Shown one piece after another: positions 51,771-64,000 of a stretch of DNA of 64,000 nucleotides. Under the pieces are notes generated by a model that was given only the letters and a program-made list of their open reading frames with translations, made no database searches and was not told where the DNA came from. Made by a program: the position numbers and the translations under genes. Within the stretch, counting starts at the first letter, position 1, and the number at the start of each line of letters is the position of its first letter. Source of the DNA: Octopus bimaculoides (Eukaryota); contig NC_068990.1 in NCBI RefSeq assembly GCF_001194135.2, positions 43,541,034 through 43,605,033 on the forward strand, given 5' to 3'.

Positions 51771-52033
51771 GTGCCAGAGGAATTTGAAAGAGCAGTGCTA
51801 GCAGACACATTACTGTAATGTGTTGTGGTTTTATAAAAATATGCAGCTTTAGTATGTTGTGCTGTAAGGGTATATTAAACATTAAAGATAGTTCAAAACA
51901 GTGATCAGGATATATTTTATTGCTCCTTTTTATGTTCTGATTAAAACAACTGTAGTAGCTTTATTCAGTTTATTATTGTAGGTGGTCCACATTAATACTG
52001 TGACCTATAACTGCAAAGTTGTCTTATTTTTAG

Positions 52034-52125
52034 GTCAATGCAGAAAGTGGAGAGGTTCTAGCAAAGGTGTTTGCTTTAGTCCAGGCAAGGAAAGATTTTA
52101 ATGAAAAGAAAACTTGCAAACGAAG
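52034..52125 (+). CDS. DCAF15: DCAF15 exon (VNAESGEVLAKVFALVQARKDFNEKKTCKR)
   Basis: Splice sites ttatttttag| and |gtaaga. Phase 0 to 2. Corresponds to human VCPETNQVLINIGLLLLA. Confidence 0.88.
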
Positions 52126-52154
52126 GTAAGACTTAACAAATATTTTTAATAGAT

Positions 52155-52462
52155 GCAAGCATGGCTGTGGTAACGAGTTTACTTCCTAACCATTGTTCTG
52201 GGTTTGATTCCACTGCATGGCACCTTGGGCAAATATCTTCTACTATAACCTCAGGCCAGCCAAAGCTGTGTGTGTCTGTGTTTGTCCCCCATCACTGCTT
52301 GACAACTGTTGTAGGTATTTTTGTGTCCCCATAACTTAGCACTTTGGCAAAAGAGACTGAATAAGTACCAGGTTTTAAAAAATAAGTACTGGGGTCAATT
52401 CATCCGACTAAAATGTCGAGGCAGTACCCCAGCATGGCCACAGTCTAATGACAGAAATAAAT
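52155..52462 (+). mobile_element. SINE family A
   Basis: Collinear with 32448-32812, with an internal deletion. Confidence 0.85.
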
Positions 52463-52926
52463 TAAATATATCATAATCTAATAAAGTGCTGGTGTTAAAT
52501 TGTTTTTAATGTTACTGATAAACTTCTTTTTTTTTTTTTTTTTTTCTTAACTCAGTGAATACTTTGATGTGTGGCCTACAATAAACATGAACTGACCTGA
52601 TATATCTATCAATCTCTTATTCTGTTCCAGTGTATCAAACCTATTTGATGGGTTTGCAGTGAAACCCATCTGATGGTGATGCCCCCTGCATCATCTTTGT
52701 TTTTGTCATTCCTTTTTACATACCAGATTTTGTATTAAACTCTGTTCAGTGTAACTTCTTGTAAGCTTCACCTCTCTAGATCCTAGCTCCCTGCAAAAGC
52801 AGAAAATGTGCAGCAACTACATAAGTTTCAATAAGCTTGTCTTTTATCCTCTGTTTCTTTCAAAATAAATACTTTTCTCTCCTCAAAAGTGTTTCTAAAT
52901 ATTAAAACTATTTTTATCATCTTCAG

Positions 52927-52985
52927 TAATATCCTAAAGCAGTACTATCAAACCAGTATCACATTCAATTGGAGTTTATTAACAG
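52927..52985 (+). CDS. DCAF15: DCAF15 exon (SNILKQYYQTSITFNWSLLTG)
   Basis: Splice sites catcttcag| and |gtaata. Phase 2 to 1. Matches human KTYHTSLKVAWDLNTG. Confidence 0.9.
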
Positions 52986-53109
52986 GTAATAACTCTTTAT
53001 TTTATTTACTAATTTATTCTAAGCAACATTTGGAACACCATCTTATCAAATTAGTTTATATTTGGTTTTAACTAAAAACTTATTTTTCCACTTTATTTTT
53101 TTTTTTCAG

Positions 53110-53170
53110 GAAACTATTCAACTTTTCACATTGAAGACCTTGTGGAAGTAGATGAATCTGATCTCTTGAG
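53110..53170 (+). CDS. DCAF15: DCAF15 exon (NYSTFHIEDLVEVDESDLL)
   Basis: Splice sites poly-T cag| and |gtaaat. Phase 1 to 2. Matches human IFETVSVGDLTEV. Confidence 0.9.
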
Positions 53171-53330
53171 GTAAATTCTTCAGTATCTTTACAACTTATT
53201 GTCTTAAATATTTTATTAAATATCTACTTATTCTTCCACAACCATTTCATTCATCCACTTTGAACTACATGTATTTATGTGTGTGTTTTGAAAATTGAGT
53301 ATCCTCATGTAGATTTTTCTTTGTGTTTAG

Positions 53331-53443
53331 AAAAGAATGGAACCCTGGAAATGGTGAAGTTACACGACTGCAGCATGCCTTGGCTGTGCCTCAGTCCTTT
53401 TACAAAAGTGTCTATACCTTAACAAATGAGGCTGTCATCAGAG
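53331..53443 (+). CDS. DCAF15: DCAF15 exon (KEWNPGNGEVTRLQHALAVPQSFYKSVYTLTNEAVIRG)
   Basis: Splice sites ttgtgtttag| and |gtaagt. Phase 2 to 1. Matches human [22 protein letters not shown]. Confidence 0.93.
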
Positions 53444-53860
53444 GTAAGTACATATTACATATCCATTAATCCCCAAACTCTTTCCCTCTGCTTCGGAAGA
53501 TACACATTTGTGTACAGGTTATAATCAGTTTCTATTGTCTTCTAATTTGACTTTTGTAACATCGGTACCTCAAATTTAGAGGCAAGAGTAACTTAGCACA
53601 TAATTTACTTTCATTGTTTAATCTTGGAGAGTTAAATAAAAATGTTAATTGTTAATTTGTCTTCTCATATTCCTTCAAGACATAACCTCCCTTTTGATAT
53701 TGCTATTATGTTTCTTTATCTCTCCTCTCTTACAACATTACTAATATGATAGACAATTCAGAATTTCAACTGATCTTTACATAAATTCTATTTTATCGTA
53801 TTTCAGTTCCTTTATTAATTTTTTTAATCTTGTTTGTTTTTTGTTTTTTTTCCCTCCCAG

Positions 53861-53916
53861 GTAATTCTCTGTCTTTGATCCTGGCTCCTCACCATTTTGT
53901 TGCAATAAGCCGATGA
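53861..53916 (+). CDS. DCAF15: DCAF15 terminal coding exon (GNSLSLILAPHHFVAISR*)
   Basis: Acceptor tccctcccag|, with TGA at 53914-53916. Aligns to the human C-terminus GCSLKVLADSERYTWIVL. Confidence 0.88.
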
Positions 53917-54019
53917 ATGTGGTTGTGTTGTACATCACTGTGTCTTTCATTCCTCAGTTGTTGACCATGCAACATATTTTTTTAAAATAGTGCCTTTGTG
54001 AAAACAAGGATATTCCTCC

Positions 54020-54025
54020 AATAAA
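54020..54025 (+). terminator. Probable polyadenylation signal of DCAF15
   Basis: AATAAA ~100 nt after the stop codon, followed by GT/T-rich sequence at 54044-54082. Confidence 0.5.
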
Positions 54026-54262
54026 GCAAAAAGAAAAAAAAAAGTGTTCTTTATTCAATGGAGTCTCTTTATTTTTTTTTTTTACATTTTCTTTCTATTA
54101 ATACTTGAACTTGGGTGTGTGTGTATATAAACAGAATTTGTGAGGAAGACTTACCCACTATGAAACTAAAATATAATTATTAATTGTAGTATTGATATTA
54201 ACCTCTGTTGTTACTCAACATTTAATGTCTTCTCTGATTACTATATATATATATACACATAC

Positions 54263-54401
54263 ACAAGAGGGTGCTGAAAATTTCCTGGCTTTAAGGGTAT
54301 CGCGAAAGGCTTGGTTGGAGACCCAACCTTCTGAGTTCTTTCACTGATCCTCCTGTATTTTCATTTATCCAAAGGCAGGAACTTTTCAGCACCATCTCGT
54401 G
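54263..54401. mobile_element. Mariner-derived MITE (deletion derivative of the 60468-61049 family)
   Basis: TIRs gagggtgctgaaaatttcctggcttt / aaaggcaggaacttttcagcaccatctc. The 22-nt tcactgatcctcctgtattttc is identical at 54341-54362 and 60991-61012. Confidence 0.8.
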
Positions 54402-55557
54402 CATATAATAATTAATCCTGTAATTCTGTCATCATTTGATAGTGTGCTGTTTGTTCTAATTGCTCCTTCAGTATGCAAATTTGAGGTATTTGTATTAGGT
54501 AAAAGAATTTTCTTTCATAGCTGGGCAACTTCCTCCTACCAATTTTTACAAAAAGGTACATAATCAACAAAACAGACTGTAACAGGTGATTAAATGTTCG
54601 AGATGGATGTTAATAGTATTGGTATTAAGTTTATATGTATACTCCTGGCCTTTTGATAAGTCTTGCAGCATAGCTTTGTAACAGCTTTTCATTTATATAA
54701 CCAATATCTGAATCTTCAGACGACCAGGACGATTGTTTGAGGCCCAGTACTCTAATGCTAAACTATCAGTAATACACTTTTCTTACTTTGATAACTCGAT
54801 CTTAGAACCTCTGCCGAATAAATACGAACCCAGAATTATGACCAGATAAGTTTTGTCTTCTCAACCTCGCTAATACCTTTCAATTTATGTGCTGATTCAT
54901 AACACCTTACTTAGTGCTTTCACTATTCTGTCTATTTCATTACCATGTCAAATTCATTCAGTTATTCAAGTTTATCACACAGTCGCTTATTTCTATAATT
55001 CTGTCTTAGATTTCTCAATTCTATATTACTATTGTTAACCTATACTACTCAAATCCGAAAAGAATCTCTCTCTCCCTCGTGTTCTGAATGGGAGAAAGAG
55101 AGTCTGCCAAATGTCGACCCAACAGAGGTACCAGCTATCCAAATTAGATAAAGGGGAGGTGTATGGAATGGATAAGTACATATATCAGCTTTGCAGGCTC
55201 ATACCACACATGCTCCAGCAGGTAAAAATTTGGTTTCAAAATGCTTGTTGTACAAAATGTTGATCTACTTTATTTCAAAGAGTTTGCTTACTCTAAAACT
55301 TCATTTGAAAGGACAGACGGAAGTTCAGTAGGGGACAAATTGACATAGTATTACCCCATTAATCAAAGTAAGAGATTCAAATTTGGGTACAGTTATCATG
55401 TAATACCACAAAACGAAGCATCTAACCTGAAGATATTTTTGTTCCAAGCCATGCAAATATGAATCCATCCTGTAATGGTATATGTTGGGGACACATGGCT
55501 GTTATTTGTAGTCTGCTACATCTTGGAAAAGTTAAAATCAGGGAGCTGTGACTTTCA

Positions 55558-55922
55558 GAGCATCATTATTGTTTAACGTCCGTCCACTTTCCATGCTAGC
55601 ATGGGTTGGACGATTTGACTGAGGACTGGCAAGCCAGAAGGCTGCACCACGCTCCAATCTGATCTGGCAGAGTTTCTACAGCTAAATGCCCTTCCTAACG
55701 CCAACCCCTCCGAGAGTGTAGTGGGTGCTTTTACATGCCACCGGCACTGGCAACGGCTACGCTCAAATGGTGTTTTTTACGTGCCACCTGCATGGGAGCC
55801 AGTCCAGCGGCACTGGCAATGACCTCGCTCAAATGATTTTCTAATGTGCCACCATCACAAGTGCTAGAAGGCGACTCTGGTAACAATTACGCTCAAATGG
55901 TGCTATTTATGGGCCACTAGCG
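55558..55922 (-). mobile_element. Relatively young RTE-type 3' end with three ~65-bp internal subrepeats
   Basis: catcattattgtttaacgtccgtccactttccatgctagcatgggttggacg, with CpGs retained. Confidence 0.8.
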
Positions 55923-58900
55923 CATTTCCTCCTACAGTCATTCTCTTTATTCTTCTCACTAATCACTTCCGTTCTTCCTCAGTACATGACCCTGCCATTT
56001 CATCCCATTTTTCTTCACCAGCATCCATTGAAGTTTTGTATATTTGACAAAAATGAAAAAGACCAAGAAATGCTGACAGAATTTTTACAAGAATTTTATT
56101 TGACGAGTGTGTCCCAAATTGTGTACAATTAAATAAGTTACTCAGCATTTACTAAACTGAATTTAAAAAAAAAAAAAAAAAACAATAGTAAACCAATTTT
56201 TTTTTTTTTATCTTTTACATCAATATAAAAACTTATGTACATCCAGCAGAAAAGAGGCAACTTCAGCTTTTTAAAAAATTTTTTTTTTCAACTGGTACAC
56301 AATTTTTACCACCAAAAAATGAATGACGTTTTGGAAAGGGAGGCAAAAGAACATTATGTGTATGTGTGTACATGTCTACATGTACACAAAATTGCAATTT
56401 CATTTGAGAAAAGACATAGAAAACAAAACAAGTATTTCAACTCAGCTCAAATGAAGAATATTGATTTTTTTCTTTTCTTTTTTTGAAGAAGTAAATGATT
56501 AACTTTGATTATGAAACTGTTTGTGTGTATATATATATATGGTTTAATATTTCACACTTCACTACCAACTTATTGATTCAACTAAACTAAAATCAAGGGT
56601 TTCACAGTCTTTCATTTAATTTTTTTAGAACCATCTTTTAATCTAAATAGGCCCCACACCCTAACTTATTTAACAGTCTTGATTTTCAGAATTGATCTAT
56701 TATTTCAAAAACGATTATCAGAATTAGGGATTAATTTTCTTTTTTTAAGCTGAAGTAGTAATATTTTCGCATTTTAATCTAATATTGTGTTTTTTCTATT
56801 TAATAATTTTTTAATGCGTTGGAAGACTGATTAATCAGTCAAATCCTGTTGATATTTCAACTGGGTTTTAATGGATTTCTTCCAGTATCAAATGAGATCA
56901 GGAAACGATTTAAATTTCTTTTTCCGCTTTTCATCAGAAATTATAATCCAGCCCCTCAAAAAAATGTCATATCATTGGTTGTCTTTGGTACAGACATTGC
57001 ACTATACAACGTACAGATTTCTGTTTATTGTTATATGAAGTTCTCCCACCCCCACCCAATTTTCTTGATTAATTTAAATTACCAGAAACAAACACCAAAT
57101 GTGATTCTAATTTAATTGATTCCTTAAAATAAATGACACAAGAGCCATTAAAAATTTCAAGGGTGAAAAGAGTTGATTGGCTCAACTCCAGTTTTATACA
57201 TCAGTGGTACTTTTTGTTTTGTTTTAACTTAGACCCCTTCTTCAAAAAGGTCAGATACAGTACAGTGGAGTGGACCATGGCAGGGTAGTGTGGCAGCAAA
57301 CCACTTACAAAAAAGCATTTCACTTGCAATGTCCTACATCTGTAAACAACATCAATATATTACTTAGTTACAAGATCAAAGGGCAGGATGAAAGTGTGAT
57401 GTGATGTTCAAGTTTTTTTGGGTGAAGGCGGATGGGGGCATTAGCAGTGTCAAAAGATAACAATTCTAACAGATCATCTCCTTAAGAACTTACTCTACAA
57501 GGTTTACCATATTCCAAAAGCTAACTGAATACAACATGCCTTAATTCCTTAATAGTCATTCATTTCATGTAAAACATTGTAGAAGTTAATAAAACATTTT
57601 AAAACAACTTAATTTGGGTTATCAAATAATTGATTGATTTCAACAAGGGATTTTTGATTTTAGTAATTAAAAGAAAAAATAAATAATCTAATAAGCTGCA
57701 TTCACTGTTAGAAAAAAAAAAAATGAATTTTTGGCTTCACTTTGCTACATTTTTAGCATTAATTTCTCTCTAGACCCTATATGCAGTAAGAAAATTTGTC
57801 TCAACATTTAAAAAAAAAATTTACTAACTTCACCCTCAGCTCAAACAATCCTCAACTCTTTCTCAAAAAATTTTTTTAAGAACCTGAATTGCTAATTTAC
57901 TCAGCAAATGATCTTTGCTTTCCTATTGGTTAATTTTGGCTGGCAATGAACCAATTTCTTCAGATTCCAGGTTTTACTGTAACCATAGAACTTTATATTT
58001 CTGAAGCTATAGTAGTTCCACTTTGTACATTTTAGGTCAGTTGTAGAGAACACCTTTTGCTGCAAATTGGATTTTCTAAGGAAAGTGGGTATTCTTAGGG
58101 TTAACCATTTAATGATCTGTGAACACAAATCATTTAATCACTGTTTAACTCAAGGTCAGGTCTCACTGAGTAGATCTATGTTCAAAATAATCCAACCATG
58201 ACTCCAGTTTTTATATATAAGCAACTACATCATCCAGTATTTTTTTTTTCTGTTAAGGTGGTAGAGATATTGTTTCTCATATTTGGTTCACTAATATTTA
58301 TCAGACCAGTTTCCATTCCTAGACACTGGTCTAACTAAACTTCCCTACAATAATTCCCAGGTCAACTGTTCAAATTAAGGTATATAAATTTTTGTAATAC
58401 AACAGCAAAATCTCCTTCAATTCATGTCTAAAAAAGCGATAAAATGAAACCAACATTAGGTAATCACTGCCAATGGCTGAAGTGTTTTATCATAGGTCTG
58501 TACTGGACTAGTTTAACCTATTTAGTTAACCAAATCTCAATATTTGAAGGTAACTGGAAAACTAGCCTGAAGACACAAAAATGGGAAAGAAAGAATGATT
58601 TCTTTACCTTGACATAAGGCCAAGACTTGTAAGTTTTTAGAGTCAGCTGAATTATCTCCACTTATTGCATAATTTCTACTTCTAACAAACATTGTAATAA
58701 AAAAAAAACAGTTTCTAATTGAAACTAAGGTATTTAAAAGTTGCTGGGTAGTATTGAGTTATGTCCCTTCGTTTCAGCCACGAGACCATCAACTTCAACA
58801 ATGAGGCTTTCGATAGACACAAGACTCAGTTTGTAGGAGAATAAGTGATATGTAAAATAGAGATCAAATAACATTCTCAAGAATTTGCAGTGTCAGCAAA

Positions 58901-60467
58901 ATGGCCACAAAGAGAATGCAAAACCAAGTCGCAATTTTGAAGATTAATAAATTCCTAATAAGCACAGTTTCATTCAAATAAATAATATTGATTGTTTAAT
59001 TTCCAGTTTCTAAATAACAACTTACGATGGAAACTGAGTTATTTGTTCTTGAGATATACGTTTAACTTAATTTAGATGTAATTCTATGAAAGAATATATT
59101 TATTTTGTCTTAAAAATCATCTTAGGTTTTGGTAATGCTTACTGAATGAAAAAAAAAATATATATATATATATACTCTACCAGATAACTGCTGGTATCAA
59201 ATGCAGATTAATTATCATACATTAAGTTCAGAATGAACTGAAGGCTGCACGAGGTTCGACTTCAGTTCAAATCAGAATATTTTAGCTGTCAAAATGGATG
59301 CTCTCCCTTGGTAGAAAAATAGAATTTTATATTTTAATTCCATTTCTAGGACTGATAAAATGGGAACTTGTGGTGTGTCATCCATTTACTATATTACAGT
59401 ACATAAAATGAAACATGAAGCATTAAAGCACTTTCTGAAACTGAAATAATTATGACCTTTGAAAATAACCTTATATACACCTAAATATAACATTTGATAC
59501 ACTGGAGAAGCAGTTACTGTTTTTACTGTCTGTTCTCACATAATAGTATAGGTAAGATAATTGTTCCAACAAACTATTATTATAACTAGATTCCTTTTTT
59601 ATTACTTGACTGTAAAACGTTTGTACATCAAGATATAATATGCCATGCCTTGTAGCACAATAGCTGTATTAGGTTTGAGCCTTGCACATTGAGGCAGTAG
59701 TTCAACACATGTATTTAAGGTAAAAATTTATAAATAATTCTAGTTTCCTTTTATGTGACAAGGCTACATCAGTAGTATACATACTATGAATGTCAATGTC
59801 AGCATGAAAATAATATGTCAGTCACATTTAATACATCTTAAACAAAGCAAGACTTTAAAATATAGATATTTATATATCCAATAACACAAGCTCAAGTAGC
59901 TTCACTTTTATGAGGGAGTATTCAACAGGTGTACAAGTTCTGATTTTAGAAGATTAAAAGGGAAGTTGCATGAACATCACAAGTGTAACAGCTACACTGA
60001 CAATTAAAACTTCTTTGTAGACAAGTTGGCAGGAGTCTATACATCACTCAACAAATATAAATTTTTCACCAGCACCAAATAAAAAAAATTTTTCAGAAGA
60101 AAAAAAAATCTTATTCAAAAGAAAAACAAACATAGTACTTGCCAACATAAAGTTTGGTTTTTCTTTTTGTTAATGTTAGGGTAGTGTATGGAATAAAGAT
60201 TGATGAATACAATACAACAAAGACATGACAGAGACTTGTTATTGTCACCTGATACAGTTGAGATATGGTTTATAAGATGGCTCCAGTACATTTTTAAGAT
60301 ATGGTATGATTCAATATATTTCCAGTTACAAAGAAATATAGTAACATTCACAGAAAGGTAGGTATACATTGATCACATCCTACACTGCAAATTCCTGTGA
60401 TCACTTTCACATGCCTCATATATGTATATGATAGAATAAAAGGATACAAAGATAGACAAACAAGCTT

Positions 60468-61049
60468 GGCTTCATCATTATGATACCCAGACCAAGCAGC
60501 AATCAATGAAATGACACCACATCCCTAGAAGTTTTGGAGTCAGCTAGAAAGATTCAGGCTTCAGTATCATGGGACAAAAGACAGAATACTCTTCATAAAG
60601 GGTCAAAGGGTCACACCATCAATGCAGAATACTACATACCTCTGTTGGATGAAGTTTTGAAGCAGAAACCCCATGGTAAGTTGAGCCTTGGTGTCCTGTT
60701 TTTGCAGGACAATGCACCAGCACACACACAGCACATGAAACTCTGTGAAAAATATGCAATTTTGGCATATTATAGATCACCCACCTTACACTCCTGGCTT
60801 GGTATCATTTCTTTCTACAACTGAAGAAACACCTAAAGGGAACGAAATTTCACTCCAATTTGGAAGTGATTGCTGCTACAGAGGTCTGGTTGGAGGCCCA
60901 ACCTTCCAAATTCTTTTTACCGAAAAACTGAAAGACTATTGCAATAAGTGTGTAAATCTGAGAGGAGAATATGTTGAGTAAAATCATAATTCACTGATCC
61001 TCCTGTATTTTCTTTTACCCAAAGCCAATAACTTCTCAGCACCTCCTCA
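60468..61049 (+). mobile_element. Mariner (DD34D) transposon remnant: transposase C-terminal half plus right TIR
   Basis: Peptides SARKIQASVSWD, TINAEYY, LFLQDNAPAH, HPPYTP and NKCVNLRGEYVE* over frameshifts. Ends aaagccaataacttctcagcacctcctcata. Confidence 0.88.
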
Positions 61050-61679
61050 TATTTATATTTGACTGGATACCTGTTTGCCGGTCTATCGTTTTGTTATACC
61101 AGCTTGATCAATGCAATGTCTATAGCTAATTCTCATTTAAGCAGCTACCACATCGCTACATTTAAAGTCAGAGTTAAGGTACAAATTCAACCTGAGACTA
61201 ATTGTATGCACATTTTACCTTAGGTCATTTGACAATGTATTACCCACAATATGTGTGAATCTTTGTCATTTGAACTGCTCATTATATGTAAATGGCTAGG
61301 CATTCCACACACACACAATGTACTTCTCAGGTAGAATCTGTGACAAGGCTATATCTGAATTACACATATAATAATCCACCTGACAAGGCTGCTATAGATA
61401 TTGTTGACCAGAAACATTTGCCCAAGATGGCACACAATAGGATCAGAACTGGGACCTTGTGGTTGTGAAACAAACCTCTTAACCATTCAACCATACTGTA
61501 CTTACATATATTCACGCACACAAACACCACAGTTGGGACTGAACCTATTTAGAAAGAGAAGACTCCAAGGATGTGTTTTTATAGACAAGATACTTAATTG
61601 TAGAACATTAGTCCAAAGATATATGACATGCTTTTAATTATTTCAATCATTGAACTGTAGCTAAATCAAGGCACCACCT

Positions 61680-61815
61680 TTGAAGGCTACATCCCTATAC
61701 TGACTCACAGTATTCTTATACTTGATACTGGGAAAGGCAAATTTGACCCAAGTTGGAATTAAACTCACAACTTAACCAAACGTCATGGTATTTCATCAAA
61801 TGCTCATCTGATTCT
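61680..61815 (-). mobile_element. SINE family B fragment
   Basis: gaaaggcaaatttgacccaagttggaattaaactcacaac resembles the reverse complement of the family B core. Similar fragments lie at ~61985-62050 and ~62925-63005. Confidence 0.55.
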
Positions 61816-62094
61816 GTCAATCCACCCCTGGCCCCACACTATCTGATATGTAGACGATAAAGTTTTGCATTCTAAACGTCCAATGTTTAATTACCCATTA
61901 AATGAATACTCTTAATCCTGAACTAATTACCTTATAGATATTTTACTGATACTGGAATGTTTTGTTTATCAATCAAAATAATTTCTAATTCAGTCACAAG
62001 GCCAGCAAATTTGGCAGAGAGGTCAGGTCGTCAGACGACACCCTCAACTCCAATGTTGTGAGAGGTTCACAGCTGTATTACAAACATGTTGCAG

Positions 62095-62225
62095 GAAAGA
62101 ATTACAAGGCAGATTCTTCAAGTTGAACCAACCTGCAGAAGACCTAGGGATAGATTAAGACTGAGATGATTGGATAATATCCATAGTCTCAGTTATTCAC
62201 ACTTGGGAATCCAGCTAGAAAGTCT
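62095..62225 (+). mobile_element. RTE-like LINE C-terminal remnant
   Basis: ERITRQILQVEPTCRRPRDRLRLR*LDNIHSLSYSHLGI resembles KPTGKRPRGRPRTRWxDYIxDLAWSRLGI. Confidence 0.55.
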
Positions 62226-63074
62226 TATGAAAGTTGCTCCTCCTATGGAGGAGATACCTGAGGACTATCTCAGGTGGAGAAGATGGAAAATGGAATGGAT
62301 AGAAAAAAATTTTTTCCCATTACTCTTACAATTCTAACAGCTTGCAACTTGAGATTTAAAATAATATATATCCATTGTTATTTCCTAAACTGTTTATTTT
62401 TAACATAATGAAAAATCTATTTGCTACACATTTTGAATATACTCTCAAATGCCAACTGAACTCAAGGGAGTGTTTCGTATATTAACTACAAATATGATCT
62501 GACAGCATATATGTAATACAGTGACTGCAATCTTGTCAAGTTGAGGCAAGCAGAGTTACGTACCTTGACTGTGCACCTAAAGTGTATTATTTAATGTGAT
62601 AGGTGCAGAAAACAAAAGAAAGAATGAGGTGATAACTTGTGAAAAAATATTACTCTAGAATAAGAAATATATACACAAAATTCGACAGAAAAATAGGATT
62701 CCAAAATAACTATTATATAATTTTTTTTTTTAAACTTTCTTATTTCGTAGTGTCCCCTAAACAAAAAATTTTAAATATTTCCTTATTTTAACCATTTCCT
62801 CATACTTTTTTCTTAAAGGGAACAAGTAATGCTTTACAATCCTTCACAGAGCCTTCAAGTCTGATGGGAAGGAGGAATAGACCTCTCCCAAGTGCTTACA
62901 ACAAAGTGGACTACACTAAAGACATCCAAGAGTTGAATTAGGTGGTGGGTTAAATCACCAAACTTGTTACTTTATCAACCCTGGAAGGATGGAAGACATT
63001 CTAATAACTTGACTTTCAATTGGGCAATCAGCAATATATATATATAGAGAGAGAGAGAGAAATTCATCTATTTT

Positions 63075-63405
63075 TTTACTTTTTACAGTCATTTGACTGC
63101 AGCCATGCTGGACCACCACTTTTAGTCAAAGAAATCAACCCCAGTACTTATTCTATCAGTTCTTTTGCCGTACTGCTAAGTTTCGGGAATGTAAACATAC
63201 CAACATCAGTTGTCAAACGTTGGTGGATGGGGAGACACAAATACAGACACACACAAACATATATATGATGGACTTCTTTCAGTTTCTGTTTACCAAATCC
63301 ACTCACAAGGCTTTGGTCAGCCCAAGGCTATAGTAGAAGACACTTGCCCAAGGTGCCACGCAGTGGTACTGAACCTGAAACCATGTGGTTGGGAAGTAAG
63401 CTTCT
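63075..63405 (-). mobile_element. SINE family A, full length
   Basis: Reverse complement of the 32448-32812 layout. Confidence 0.85.
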
Positions 63406-64000
63406 TATAAATAATCTGGTAGAACTCATAAAAAAAGCTCAATGTATCATACAAAGCATACAGAATATATAGTACAATACAAGAGAAAATGTGATATTAG
63501 AATTTTCTTATTGTTAAATAGAATTTCATCAAACTATTTCTTTGTCATTTATGACATATCTATAGACATATGTATATTAGTTTACTAAACCCCACTCAAA
63601 ATCCTAATTATCTTGAAAATTAATTGAAACACAGGCTGTCAACACATTAGAAATGTAGTTACAAGATAGAGTAAAGCTTTGATTTGCAGCACTATAATTG
63701 GAAATGGATTTTTTTTTTTTTTTGTAAGAATTCGACTTCCTTCAATAAATAGTCTGTTCTTTATCAGAGCTACACCTGATCACTAAATCAAATAATAATA
63801 AAAAAAAATTAAGAAATTGATTATGACTAAAAGTTTCTGTTAAGATTGATCATTTTTACAATCTAAAGAAAAGAATTCTAAGTTGAAGGAACTTCTTCCA
63901 CCATCTGCAAGAGGAAGAATATTTCTCACATAGGTACAAAGGCTAGAAATTTAATAGGGCAATGTTAGTCACCACAAGATCCAGTCCTTATTGCGGTGTT

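Noticed and set aside
58734-58890. Minus-strand frame ending ...SIESLIVEVDGLVAETKGHNSILPSNF*; also a TTGATGG...GAAAC hammerhead-like look
   Set aside because: No convincing acceptor or recognisable protein. The ribozyme core has substitutions at invariant positions and no stem II.
63860-63904. Possible 45-nt minus-strand exon
   Set aside because: Good acceptor but a weak donor and no recognisable peptide.
1-64000. CRISPR arrays, rRNA, operon-like or prokaryotic/viral inserts
   Set aside because: No regularly spaced repeat-spacer array, rRNA similarity or dense intronless ORF block. All recurring repeats are dispersed eukaryotic TEs.

Overview
AT-rich, repeat-dense animal genomic DNA. The SINE, MITE and LINE families resemble those I recall from octopus (coleoid cephalopod) genomes; that species assignment is inference. 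One protein-coding gene is supported: a + strand DCAF15 (DDB1-CUL4-associated factor 15) orthologue. Ten GT-AG coding exons lie between 12414 and 53916, with mutually compatible phases (2283 nt, 760 codons plus stop). The N-terminal ~120 aa were not found in the window. The gene carries a ~430-aa Ser/Thr/Asn-rich insertion with 32 Cys and an 11-His run, placed in the DCAF15 inter-domain loop. The introns hold three tRNA-derived SINE families, RTE 3' fragments, a decayed Penelope-like element, a decayed R4/Dong-type element, and hAT, mariner and piggyBac-like MITEs. They also hold two notable fold-back structures (9773-9891 and 18692-19288). Sequence after ~56 kb may be the 3' end of a convergent minus-strand gene, but no coding exon was confirmed. 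There are two assembly gaps. No CRISPR array, rRNA or true tRNA gene was seen. I found no convincing wholly new multi-gene system; the best leads are the Cys/His insertion and the hairpin overlapping a candidate poison exon. All homology calls come from recalled sequences, not database searches, and TE boundaries are approximate unless a TSD is given.
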